From a virus (lineage: Duplodnaviria; Caudoviricetes): a stretch of 64,000 nucleotides of DNA. Of the stretch, positions 55,419-63,115 are shown piece by piece. The position numbers were made by a program, and so were the translations under genes. The notes beneath the pieces were generated by a model. That model was not told the origin of the DNA and did not search any database. It was given only the letters and a program-made list of their open reading frames with translations. Position 1 is the stretch's first letter; every line of letters starts with the position of its first letter. The stretch covers positions 11,054 to 75,053 of IMG/VR virus record IMGVR_UViG_2765236019_000001; one strand, written 5' to 3'.

Positions 55419-55501
55419 GTTCCTGCCTTCCGTAGGTGGAGGCGGATCACAATGGCGCATCTGGCGTGATGAGCCAAATGCGCTGAGTAACTCACCCCTC
55501 C

Positions 55502-55566
55502 ATAGTGGCGTAGGCCACAGGCCACTGTCAAGGCTGATGCCCTATCATGTTTGTGGCCTAGTCCAC
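55502..55566. promoter_or_regulatory. Divergent promoters with two GntR/HutC-type operators
   Basis: GTGGCGTAGGCCAC (55505) and GTGGCCTAGTCCAC (55553); TTGACA-N18-CACTAT on minus, TATCAT on plus. Confidence 0.7.
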
Positions 55567-55584
55567 CAGTTGAGGAGGAACGCC

Positions 55585-56337
55585 GTGAGCCCAGAGATCA
55601 CGCGCCCACTGCCGCCCTACATGCAGGTGGTCACCCACCTGCGAGAACAGATCATCACGGGGGCGCTCGCAGACGGAGACGTCGTACCCAGCGAGCGCCA
55701 GCTGGAGCGGGACTGGGGAATCAGCCGGTCCACCGCGACAAAGGTCCTTGGCGTGCTGCGCGCCGAGGGCTTGGTGACCTCCCGTCAGGGCGTCGGCACC
55801 ATCGTCACCACCAAGACCCTGCACCACTCCGCCTACGACCGCACGCGGGCAGTAGAGATCACCGGCCGCATCTATCCCAAGGGACAGTACGCCAAGATCC
55901 TCTCTGCCCGGATCGAGCCCGCCTCGGAGCGAGCAGCACAGGCCCTTGGCATCGAGCCCGGCCAGGAGGCCATCCGGCGTCAGCGAGTCACCTACGCCGA
56001 GTCCGGCGCCGCAGTCAGTGCCTCCACCAGCTGGTTCGACCTCGAACTCGCAGAAATTGTCCCGCAGCTGCTCAGCACCGAGCGCATTCCCGGAGGCACC
56101 GCCAAGGCCATCGAGGACGCCACCGGCCGGTCATGGACGGACGCCGACGAACTGCTCCAGGCGCGCATCGCCTCGGACGAAGACGCCGACCTGCTCGGCA
56201 TCACGGAGCGCCCCTCCGCGATCATCGTCGGCTACAACCGGCTGGTGGACGAGTCGGGCCGCACCCTCGAATACGGCGAGTACCTGTGTCACGGCGACCG
56301 CATCACCCGCTACTCCTACGCACGACCACGCGACTGA
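55585..56337 (+). CDS. GntR-family regulator (HutC/UTRA, KorSA-like)
   Basis: PY.Q...LR..I, PSER.L...GISRST, G.GT; UTRA C-terminus. Confidence 0.92.
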   Translation: MSPEITRPLPPYMQVVTHLREQIITGALADGDVVPSERQLERDWGISRSTATKVLGVLRAEGLVTSRQGVGTIVTTKTLHHSAYDRTRAVEITGRIYPKGQYAKILSARIEPASERAAQALGIEPGQEAIRRQRVTYAESGAAVSASTSWFDLELAEIVPQLLSTERIPGGTAKAIEDATGRSWTDADELLQARIASDEDADLLGITERPSAIIVGYNRLVDESGRTLEYGEYLCHGDRITRYSYARPRD

Positions 56338-56368
56338 CAAAACCGGCAGGCAAGACGGCGGTTGAGCG

Positions 56369-56403
56369 TTGTGGGGGCGGACCCAACGGGTCCGCCCCCA
56401 CAA
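56369..56403. terminator. Terminator between convergent genes
   Basis: TTGTGGGGGCGGACCC-AAC-GGGTCCGCCCCCACAA. Confidence 0.8.
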
Positions 56404-56418
56404 TCTTTGGAACCGATG

Positions 56419-57051
56419 TCAGCCACGCCGACGCTGGACGATGAAGATGCCGCTCTGGTCGTGGCTCTCAGCCCGTTTCAGAGAGCAGCCTGACTGGAGG
56501 GCTTTGGCTGCCAGGACGTAGCCGTCACCCGTGTCGACCACACTCACCGGCCCGCGATTGCTGTTGGCGATGATGGGCTCACCGGGAGCTGCGATGGTGT
56601 ATCCGCGCCGCCTGTACCACCGCAGGACGCTCCGGTCGCGCAACGCGACATTTGCGACCAGCAGATGGCGGCCCAGTTCCCGCTCTTCGTCTTCTACCGC
56701 TGCCAGGAGCCCACCACCTAACCCGTGCTCACGGTGGTCCTCATATACAGCCAGCAGCTCGATTTTGGTGAACAGCCGGGCCAGGGATGGGCGGGCCGGA
56801 GCAGGATATTCGTCGAGCCAGGAAATTGGCGGAGCTGTATAAACCATGCCCGCCACCTGGCCCTGGTCGTCCACGGCAACACGGCAAATCCCTTGACCGT
56901 ACCGCAGCGTGATACGACCGCCCTCGGCGTCGACCTGGCCGGGGAGCCCCCGGTCCGCATAGCCGTCGACAACACCGAGCGCGATGCCTGCCAGGGCCGC
57001 GACGTGGGGACCGTCGCCCGGCGCAGCCGTGCGGACAGAGAGCAGCCTCAT
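56419..57051 (-). CDS. GNAT acetyltransferase
   Basis: LAV..DHREHGLGGGLL motif A; WYRRRGY motif B. Confidence 0.85.
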   Translation of the reverse strand: MRLLSVRTAAPGDGPHVAALAGIALGVVDGYADRGLPGQVDAEGGRITLRYGQGICRVAVDDQGQVAGMVYTAPPISWLDEYPAPARPSLARLFTKIELLAVYEDHREHGLGGGLLAAVEDEERELGRHLLVANVALRDRSVLRWYRRRGYTIAAPGEPIIANSNRGPVSVVDTGDGYVLAAKALQSGCSLKRAESHDQSGIFIVQRRRG

Positions 57052-57347
57052 GCTGAACTCCTCCCACTGCCCCACATGGTTTCTACCTCGCCGTGCTGGA
57101 CAAGGGCGTCGCCCTCGGTGCGAGCATCCTCGCACTCGGTGCTCCACGTGCTCCCGCCGTCACGCGAGACTCCCGTGGCGAACATGCAACCCACTCCCGT
57201 CGCGTCATCGACCCCCTCCCACACGGTCCGAACCAAGACTCCGTGGGAGGGGGCCGATGACGCGACCGCTCGATACGTCATGTCGTTCCACAGCGCTGCC
57301 CACTCGTCAGGGGTGATCTCCGTGCCCTGCCGATCCCTATACACCAT
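57048..57347 (-). CDS. Small phage hypothetical protein
   Basis: 99 aa, V.TVW.GVD motif; ATGA overlap with GNAT gene. Confidence 0.65.
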   Translation of the reverse strand: MVYRDRQGTEITPDEWAALWNDMTYRAVASSAPSHGVLVRTVWEGVDDATGVGCMFATGVSRDGGSTWSTECEDARTEGDALVQHGEVETMWGSGRSSA

Positions 57348-57371
57348 GCGGCCATCATCCCACTGCCTAGC

Positions 57372-57884
57372 TCACCAGCTCGTCCAGGCGTACGTCCGAC
57401 TGGTAAGCCGAGGCACCGGGATCGGCTGATAGGGCTCGTCGACCTCCAGGGCGTGGAGCTGCTGGACAGTGTCACCCACACCAGACGGGACACGGATCAT
57501 GAACTGCCGCCCAGCTGGCATGACTTCCCAGACCGAGTACGAGATCGCCGCGGCCAGTGACGGGCCGGTGGAAGCTGGAAGGGTCATCGCCAGCTGGCCG
57601 TCACGGACCGGCACACGCGTGGTTGTGGGAAGGATGCGGATGCCGGTAGTGGTGTCGACCAGAGGTGCTGCTGCGCGTACCAGAACACTGGCCCGGTAGA
57701 CCGCTGCCTCACTCCCCCACAGGTACGTCGCCCCGAGCCTCACCTGCTCGATGTGCTCGGGGAACTGCGGCTTCTGCGTCGGGACCTGGTCGTGGCCGAT
57801 GGGGCGCTGCGCCGTCCAGCCAGGAATCCACCAGGGATTGGTCTCCCAGCCCCGCGGCGGGTGCTCGTACGGGAAGCCGCCCAT
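57372..57884 (-). CDS. Hypothetical, probably virion protein
   Basis: 170 aa, beta-rich, coupled to upstream gene. Confidence 0.6.
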   Translation of the reverse strand: MGGFPYEHPPRGWETNPWWIPGWTAQRPIGHDQVPTQKPQFPEHIEQVRLGATYLWGSEAAVYRASVLVRAAAPLVDTTTGIRILPTTTRVPVRDGQLAMTLPASTGPSLAAAISYSVWEVMPAGRQFMIRVPSGVGDTVQQLHALEVDEPYQPIPVPRLTSRTYAWTSW

Positions 57885-57885
57885 C

Positions 57886-58431
57886 TCAGGTCGTAACGAC
57901 GGCGACGGCGGGAGTCGACCGGCGTCCGCTGGCGTCGATTGCGGTCAGGGTGAAGCGGTACCGGGGTGCTCGGATCTTGTGGCCGGTGAGGTCGAGCTTG
58001 TACGTGGTGAGGCCACCGTCGAGCTGTACGAGGAAGGCCCGGCTGGGGTCAGCGGGATTGACGTCGATCTCGCCCTCGTGGCGCTGGAGTTCGTAAGAGG
58101 CCGGCGCGCCGGAGGCGGGCGTGGTCCAGGTGAAGGTGATCACCGGAGCGGGCCCGCCCTGAGAGCCATTGAAGGACCCGGCCAGGTGCGTGGGGTACGA
58201 CGGCGGCCGGGTATCGGGAGTCAGCGCCGCCCAGCCCTTGGTGAGGAACGGGTCGCCGGGGCGTGCCCGCCCTTGCAGGTCGTAGAAGTTGGTGGGTCGC
58301 CAGCCAAGGAGCGCCTGGTCGCGCTCCTTGGCCAGCTTGGAGGCGTCGGCCTTCAGCTGAGCGTTTTCTGCCGTCAGCGCGGCGATCTGGCGCTTCAGCT
58401 CATCGACGGTGGGGTCCGGCGGCGTGGTCAT
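57886..58431 (-). CDS. Coiled-coil + FN3/Ig-like protein, probably virion decoration
   Basis: P..PT.L...ITFTW..P..Y.L...Y.F...A.D..G..S. Confidence 0.65.
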   Translation of the reverse strand: MTTPPDPTVDELKRQIAALTAENAQLKADASKLAKERDQALLGWRPTNFYDLQGRARPGDPFLTKGWAALTPDTRPPSYPTHLAGSFNGSQGGPAPVITFTWTTPASGAPASYELQRHEGEIDVNPADPSRAFLVQLDGGLTTYKLDLTGHKIRAPRYRFTLTAIDASGRRSTPAVAVVTT

Positions 58432-58462
58432 GCATCCTCCAGGAAAGCGGGCGGCTTTCTGG

Positions 58463-58492
58463 ATTATCCGCGCAAACGTTCCCTCACCGGTA
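58463..58492 (-). promoter_or_regulatory. Phage promoter motif TACC-N20-GATAAT
   Basis: Overlaps the terminase stop, upstream of FN3 gene. Confidence 0.65.
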
Positions 58493-60013
58493 GAAGAAAT
58501 TTTCCTGGGTTTGAATCTCCGGCATGGACATCTCCGCAGATGCCCACACTGATAGCGCCAGCGAATCCACGTAGTCGTCATGGGCGCCGGTTTCATCGGG
58601 AGCCTCGACGATGATATTCGGGCCCTGGAAGCGCAGTTCCGCATCTTCCATCTGCGTCTGGAAGCGCCGCCACACCTTAAGACGCCGCGCCTTCGAATGC
58701 CCCGGCCAAGCAAGCTTGCCCTGGCGCATCAATTCCATGAGGTGTTTCCAGCGTTTCGACTGTGCACCGAGATCCGAGTTGCACTCCACGATTTCGACAT
58801 GCGGCATCAAAACTTTGAGACGGGAAGCGACCACGTCGCCGACGCCTCCGACATCGATGCAGATCGCCCATATGTTGTACGCGCTCAGCCAGTCGACGAT
58901 TCGGTAGTACTGCTCCTCCCATTCGAGGCCAGACAGATCCAGCCAGTTGAGGACTCGGTGCTCATACATCCCGAACTCGTCAGGGTGGTCCCAATCCACC
59001 CACGTAACCGTGACAATGGTGGCGTCCTGTTTCCTGGCCGGGTCGATGCCTACGAGGACTGGCGTGTGATTCCAGGCCTTGACCACCTGCATGGAGCTGT
59101 CACATAGTGCCTCGAATTTCTCCCCGGTCGTGAGCATTCCTCGGTCCAGCATCCAGATGAGTCGGTAGCTCAATTTGAACTCGTCCGAGTCCTCACCGAT
59201 CTTGAGCTTCTCGGCCTCGATGTAGACGCCGTAGTCGGGGTGCGCCTTGGCGACGTCCTTCCAGGTGGCCTCAAAGTGGTTCTGCCGCTGCCCTCGACGA
59301 TTAGCCAAGCGCCTATTCTGCTGAATGATCTTGTAGAAGATGCCCTTGAAATAGGTCGGCGTGCCGGTGAGGACCATCGTCCCGCGAGTGCTGGCGAGCA
59401 TCGGGGAGATGCTCTTGTTGATGACCCGCTCGTCAGCGACCTGCGCCTCATCGACCAGCACGACGTGGTAAGTCCGTCCCTCGATCTGAGCCCGCGGATG
59501 GCATGTCTGTTTCCGCACCAGTGACCCCGACTTGACCAGCTTCAGTTCCCGGCCCTTGCCTGAAACTTTGTCGTCGACCTCGGGGTCCTGCATGATCTCC
59601 TGGGCCCGCTCGGAGGTGAGCCGGGTAACAAACCTCGAATACAAGTTGTCCGCCATGTCATCAACTGGAGCGAAAGCTCCAACCCACACGCCTTCGGCGA
59701 AGCGCCCCATCAGGTTCGGAAATATTGGAGCGAGCTTCGGGAACATGATCATCGCTGCGGCGATCGTGTTGACTATGGTTTCGGTCTTGCCGGACTGCCG
59801 GGCCATGCACGAGGTAATGGTCCTGGCATCACCGAGAATCACCGATTCCAGGATCCGCCGGGCCAGGGGTTTCTGATAGTGCCTCAGAGGGTGCCCGGAC
59901 AGCTCGTCGACCACCAAGAGCAACTTGTCGATGATCTGGTCGACGGTCTCCTGGCTGATCTCCGGGAATCTCTCGGCACCATCTTCTTCTTGCACCGCGA
60001 CCGCTCCACCCAT
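58484..60013 (-). CDS. terL: Terminase large subunit
   Basis: YQ, ARQSGKT, VDEAQ, LTGT, GIDPA, HDDYVDS. Confidence 0.95.
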   Translation of the reverse strand: MGGAVAVQEEDGAERFPEISQETVDQIIDKLLLVVDELSGHPLRHYQKPLARRILESVILGDARTITSCMARQSGKTETIVNTIAAAMIMFPKLAPIFPNLMGRFAEGVWVGAFAPVDDMADNLYSRFVTRLTSERAQEIMQDPEVDDKVSGKGRELKLVKSGSLVRKQTCHPRAQIEGRTYHVVLVDEAQVADERVINKSISPMLASTRGTMVLTGTPTYFKGIFYKIIQQNRRLANRRGQRQNHFEATWKDVAKAHPDYGVYIEAEKLKIGEDSDEFKLSYRLIWMLDRGMLTTGEKFEALCDSSMQVVKAWNHTPVLVGIDPARKQDATIVTVTWVDWDHPDEFGMYEHRVLNWLDLSGLEWEEQYYRIVDWLSAYNIWAICIDVGGVGDVVASRLKVLMPHVEIVECNSDLGAQSKRWKHLMELMRQGKLAWPGHSKARRLKVWRRFQTQMEDAELRFQGPNIIVEAPDETGAHDDYVDSLALSVWASAEMSMPEIQTQENFFYR

Positions 60014-60049
60014 AAGCCCCGCTCCTCGAATTTCACGAAATCGAGATCG

Positions 60050-60079
60050 AGGCTATGAACCGGAGCAGAAAAAACGTTA
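60050..60079 (-). promoter_or_regulatory. Phage promoter motif TAAC-N20-TAGCCT
   Basis: Upstream of terminase. Confidence 0.7.
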
Positions 60080-60179
60080 CTCCCAGATAGGCGGCAATCA
60101 GCCGCTTCCCTTCACCGAACACCCACGCCACCCACCCCTGCTGTAGCCTTCCCCGCACACAACGGGTCGGGGAGGGAAC

Positions 60180-60767
60180 GTGCACAACGTGCAAAGAGCA
60201 GGCTGGGCGGCAGCTGGAGCACAACTCTGGGCGCAACAGGCCGACCAATGGCGTGACGTGCAGGAACACGGCCACGCATACGTCGAGCAGAAACGGCACG
60301 CAGCCTGGCAGGAGGCACAACTGCACTCCCCGTACTCCCCCAAGCGCCTGGCTCTGACCCGCATCTGCTACGTCGTCACCTACGGGATGCTCGCGCTCGC
60401 CGTCGTTGCCGCACTCATAGCGGGCGGACAGGACGGCGGCGGCGCCCGCGTCGTGCTGGGGGTCGGTGTCTACACCTGCCTGCTGTCGCTCCCCCTCTAC
60501 CTGGCCCTCAGCCTGCGCACCGGACGCCTCATCGCACGCGCAACGGCGCTCACGACGCTGGAGGATCCCGCCGCCAGGTCTCGGTCGGCCGCCGAGTACG
60601 GTGTCCGGTCCGCGTCCCAGCCCCTGTACGCCGCCGTCGGCGCGCTCGGCTGCATGGTCGCCGGTCTTCTGCCCTGGCCCCGACTGCACATCCGCATGTA
60701 CCAAGGCGCCCTGTTCGCAGCCCGGTACCGCGGCCTCGACATCTCCTGCGTCACCGACGGACGATAG
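60180..60767 (+). CDS. Membrane protein with 2-3 TM helices, opposite strand
   Basis: GGGAGGG RBS; hydrophobic segments. Confidence 0.65.
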   Translation: MHNVQRAGWAAAGAQLWAQQADQWRDVQEHGHAYVEQKRHAAWQEAQLHSPYSPKRLALTRICYVVTYGMLALAVVAALIAGGQDGGGARVVLGVGVYTCLLSLPLYLALSLRTGRLIARATALTTLEDPAARSRSAAEYGVRSASQPLYAAVGALGCMVAGLLPWPRLHIRMYQGALFAARYRGLDISCVTDGR

Positions 60768-61008
60768 CCCGGCGTGCCAGCTCCTCCAGCGTTCCAGCGA
60801 CCACGACCAGGCCCTCAGCGGCCTGGTCAAGCTGCTCCTGGTCCACGTTCTTGCGCAGCTCACCCACTGCGCGGGACACCTGGGTGACCCCCTGGTCGGC
60901 CCACTCGGCAACATCCGCCGTCGGCAACGCTGCGCTCCGGCGGGCGACACGATCACGAAGCCGATGACCAGGCACCAGCTCGCGCAAAACCCTCAAAGTC
61001 CGCTTCAC
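60751..61008 (-). CDS. Helical hypothetical protein
   Basis: GTG start; packaging region. Confidence 0.6.
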   Translation of the reverse strand: MKRTLRVLRELVPGHRLRDRVARRSAALPTADVAEWADQGVTQVSRAVGELRKNVDQEQLDQAAEGLVVVAGTLEELARRAIVRR

Positions 61009-61132
61009 CGATCGACCCCCAGCATCTGAAGCAGCCGCCACTCGTCGTCCATATCGAGAGCAAGATCAGCGACCATCCTGCGCACCGTATCCGCGTCCGT
61101 GGTGGCATCGGCCTCGTAGAACTCGTCTTCCA

Positions 61133-61351
61133 TCAGCCCACCATCCGGAAGATCGATCGCATCGCGGCATCCTCGTCGGCCAGCACTCGGGTATACCGGC
61201 CAACCGCCAAGCCTCTCCGGAACCCAATACGGACGACGTATGTCCTATCACTGCGCCGATAAGGCGCGGACGTTTCCTGTGTCCAAGTGATGAAGAAGGG
61301 TCTCTGCCCCTTGTTCACGCCGACTACGCGGCAAAAGAAATTAGTGGCCAT
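61133..61351 (-). CDS. Hypothetical protein (QET..PYR motif)
   Basis: ATG 7 nt after the promoter -10 (leaderless-like). Confidence 0.6.
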   Translation of the reverse strand: MATNFFCRVVGVNKGQRPFFITWTQETSAPYRRSDRTYVVRIGFRRGLAVGRYTRVLADEDAAMRSIFRMVG

Positions 61352-61358
61352 GACCCGC

Positions 61359-61388
61359 ATCCTTACGCGGGCCGGACCCAATCAGTTA
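61359..61388 (-). promoter_or_regulatory. Phage promoter motif TAAC-N20-AAGGAT
   Basis: Motif match; start codon at predicted TSS. Confidence 0.6.
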
Positions 61389-61676
61389 TTCCTGGTTCAG
61401 CAGCGACGAGGGCATACGTGCAGTCGTCTGCGGGTCGATACCGTGGGAGCGGAGCTGCACTGAATAGTCAATGCTGGATTCCCGGTAGTAGCGCAACAGC
61501 TCCTCCAGCTCTCGCACATAGCGCCGCAGCTGAAGGAGCGCAGCCTCCTGCTCTTCCCGGAGGTCGCGCTGCTCCTGCTGGGCGGCTGAGCGCCTGGCCT
61601 GCCAAACGGTGGCCCAGGTAGCCAGAGAGGCAATGCCGCCGCCGCCGAAGAACGCCGCAATTATTTCAGGCGACAT
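61386..61676 (-). CDS. Single-TM + coiled-coil protein (holin/lysis-accessory-like)
   Basis: N-terminal hydrophobic helix, then coiled coil. Confidence 0.6.
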   Translation of the reverse strand: MSPEIIAAFFGGGGIASLATWATVWQARRSAAQQEQRDLREEQEAALLQLRRYVRELEELLRYYRESSIDYSVQLRSHGIDPQTTARMPSSLLNQE

Positions 61677-61684
61677 CGCACCTC

Positions 61685-62119
61685 CTAGGAAATTCGACGG
61701 TACGGATGATTCCTCAAGGTGCTGTTGATGTACCGTCCCTCGGACGTGGCCTTACGGACGTGCCGCCACTGGCTCTCGGAGACCCGGTAGTACTCGTACA
61801 CCGGACCTCCTGGACGCCCCCTGCCCTGCTCACCATTCCGGAACTGGATGCGCAGGGTGTGTGTCTTGTAGTCATAGCCTGCGGCCACCGTTCGCGGGCG
61901 CTCCGGGTTGACCGTGTGGTCAGGGTATGTCGAGAAGGTGAACAGTGCCGCGGTGTCGCCGTCCTCGAAGGCCGCCAGGCGCTCCTGAATTTTTGGGCTG
62001 GCGTTTTTCCGTGCTTGGTACTGGAGTCGCTCGATCTGGCGCTTGGTATACGGGCTGCGGTTTTCGAAGTTACTCCCGCGCGCGGGGAGCGGCTTTGGCC
62101 TGGCGTACTTTTTTGCCAC
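61685..62119 (-). CDS. KTSC-domain protein
   Basis: GYD....L.IQFRNG...YEY..V......ATS.GRYIN..LR..Y. Confidence 0.8.
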   Translation of the reverse strand: MAKKYARPKPLPARGSNFENRSPYTKRQIERLQYQARKNASPKIQERLAAFEDGDTAALFTFSTYPDHTVNPERPRTVAAGYDYKTHTLRIQFRNGEQGRGRPGGPVYEYYRVSESQWRHVRKATSEGRYINSTLRNHPYRRIS

Positions 62120-62157
62120 GATGGCTCCTACGGCGAAGACGAGCGAAGTACATTGCA

Positions 62158-62187
62158 ATTCTAAGTTTGCGGCCCCGCCATGAGGTA
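62158..62187 (-). promoter_or_regulatory. Phage promoter motif TACC-N20-TAGAAT
   Basis: Directly after terminator, upstream of KTSC gene. Confidence 0.72.
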
Positions 62188-62190
62188 CAG

Positions 62191-62220
62191 AAAACCCCCG
62201 CACCGGAAGCGGTGCGGGGG
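62191..62220 (-). terminator. Intrinsic terminator
   Basis: CCCCCGCACCG...CGGTGCGGGGG then TTTT on the minus strand. Confidence 0.8.
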
Positions 62221-62234
62221 CTATTACCACGAAC

Positions 62235-62468
62235 TCAGCGCGCCATCTCGCGCGGGCCCTGTTCAGACGCCTTGTCCGCATACTCCATCAGATAGACCGG
62301 CCACTGCCAAGCTCCCGCAACGTGGACCTGACGGCCGATTCGCACCCCGAATCGATCCGCCCCGCCCAAATGTTTCACCACGGACGCCCAATGATGAAGG
62401 GAATCAACCGCTTCCTGCCGCGAGTAGTGCACGTCGAGCCGCTCGACTATTCTGTCCCTGCTGCTCAC
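62235..62468 (-). CDS. Hypothetical protein
   Basis: GTGA overlap. Confidence 0.55.
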   Translation of the reverse strand: MSSRDRIVERLDVHYSRQEAVDSLHHWASVVKHLGGADRFGVRIGRQVHVAGAWQWPVYLMEYADKASEQGPREMAR

Positions 62469-62902
62469 GCTGCCTCCTGCCCGGGAGCAGCAGAGAAAAG
62501 TACGCGCTCCACATCGGCCTCCACGTAATTCGGCCCCTTGAGCACCTTGCCGTCGAAACGACGGATCGGACGACCGTCCAGACCGAGCTTGCTCAAATTA
62601 CTGCGGTGCACCTCTTCGAACACCTGCGGCAGCGGAATATTCAGAACCTCAGCTGTACCGTAGGTGACGTACAGCAGGTCGGCCAACTCTTTGGCAAGAG
62701 CGATTCGGGCGCTGCGCCCGAGCTGGCGGCGCTCCACCCGCCGCGCCAGACGGGCCAGTTCCACGCAGACCTCGTCCGCCTCCTCAGCGACAAGTCTTCG
62801 GCGCAACAGCACGAGGTTCTCCTTGTCATCGGAGTCGCGCTCATTCTCAATTCCGAAAGCCGCATGGAATTCAGCGAGGCGAGCCATCGGGTCATATGTC
62901 AT
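62465..62902 (-). CDS. MazG-like NTP pyrophosphohydrolase (PRA-PH/DR2231 type)
   Basis: EFH..F, EE..E, KELADLLYV.YG, SN.SK, DGKVLKGPNY. Confidence 0.9.
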   Translation of the reverse strand: MTYDPMARLAEFHAAFGIENERDSDDKENLVLLRRRLVAEEADEVCVELARLARRVERRQLGRSARIALAKELADLLYVTYGTAEVLNIPLPQVFEEVHRSNLSKLGLDGRPIRRFDGKVLKGPNYVEADVERVLFSAAPGQEAA

Positions 62903-63114
62903 GCTGCTCTCCTGTCATGTTGAGAAATAGGGGCATCGACCGGCCTGCGTGAATTCAGCGCGGCCTCCTCCCGGAGATGGTCGGCGACGGCGAGGTACGC
63001 ACGGAGCTGGCTGCCGCAATCCAGGCGGTTCTGCACCCACCCGCAGGTGCAACTGGCCTGTATCGAGGGGCCGTTCGTCCGACCCAGGTCGCGGTAGGAA
63101 GGCGTATGACGCAT
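62899..63114 (-). CDS. Small CxC...H zinc-binding-like protein
   Basis: A.CTCGW...H; coupled to both neighbours. Confidence 0.55.
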   Translation of the reverse strand: MRHTPSYRDLGRTNGPSIQASCTCGWVQNRLDCGSQLRAYLAVADHLREEAALNSRRPVDAPISQHDRRAA

Positions 63115-63115
63115 C

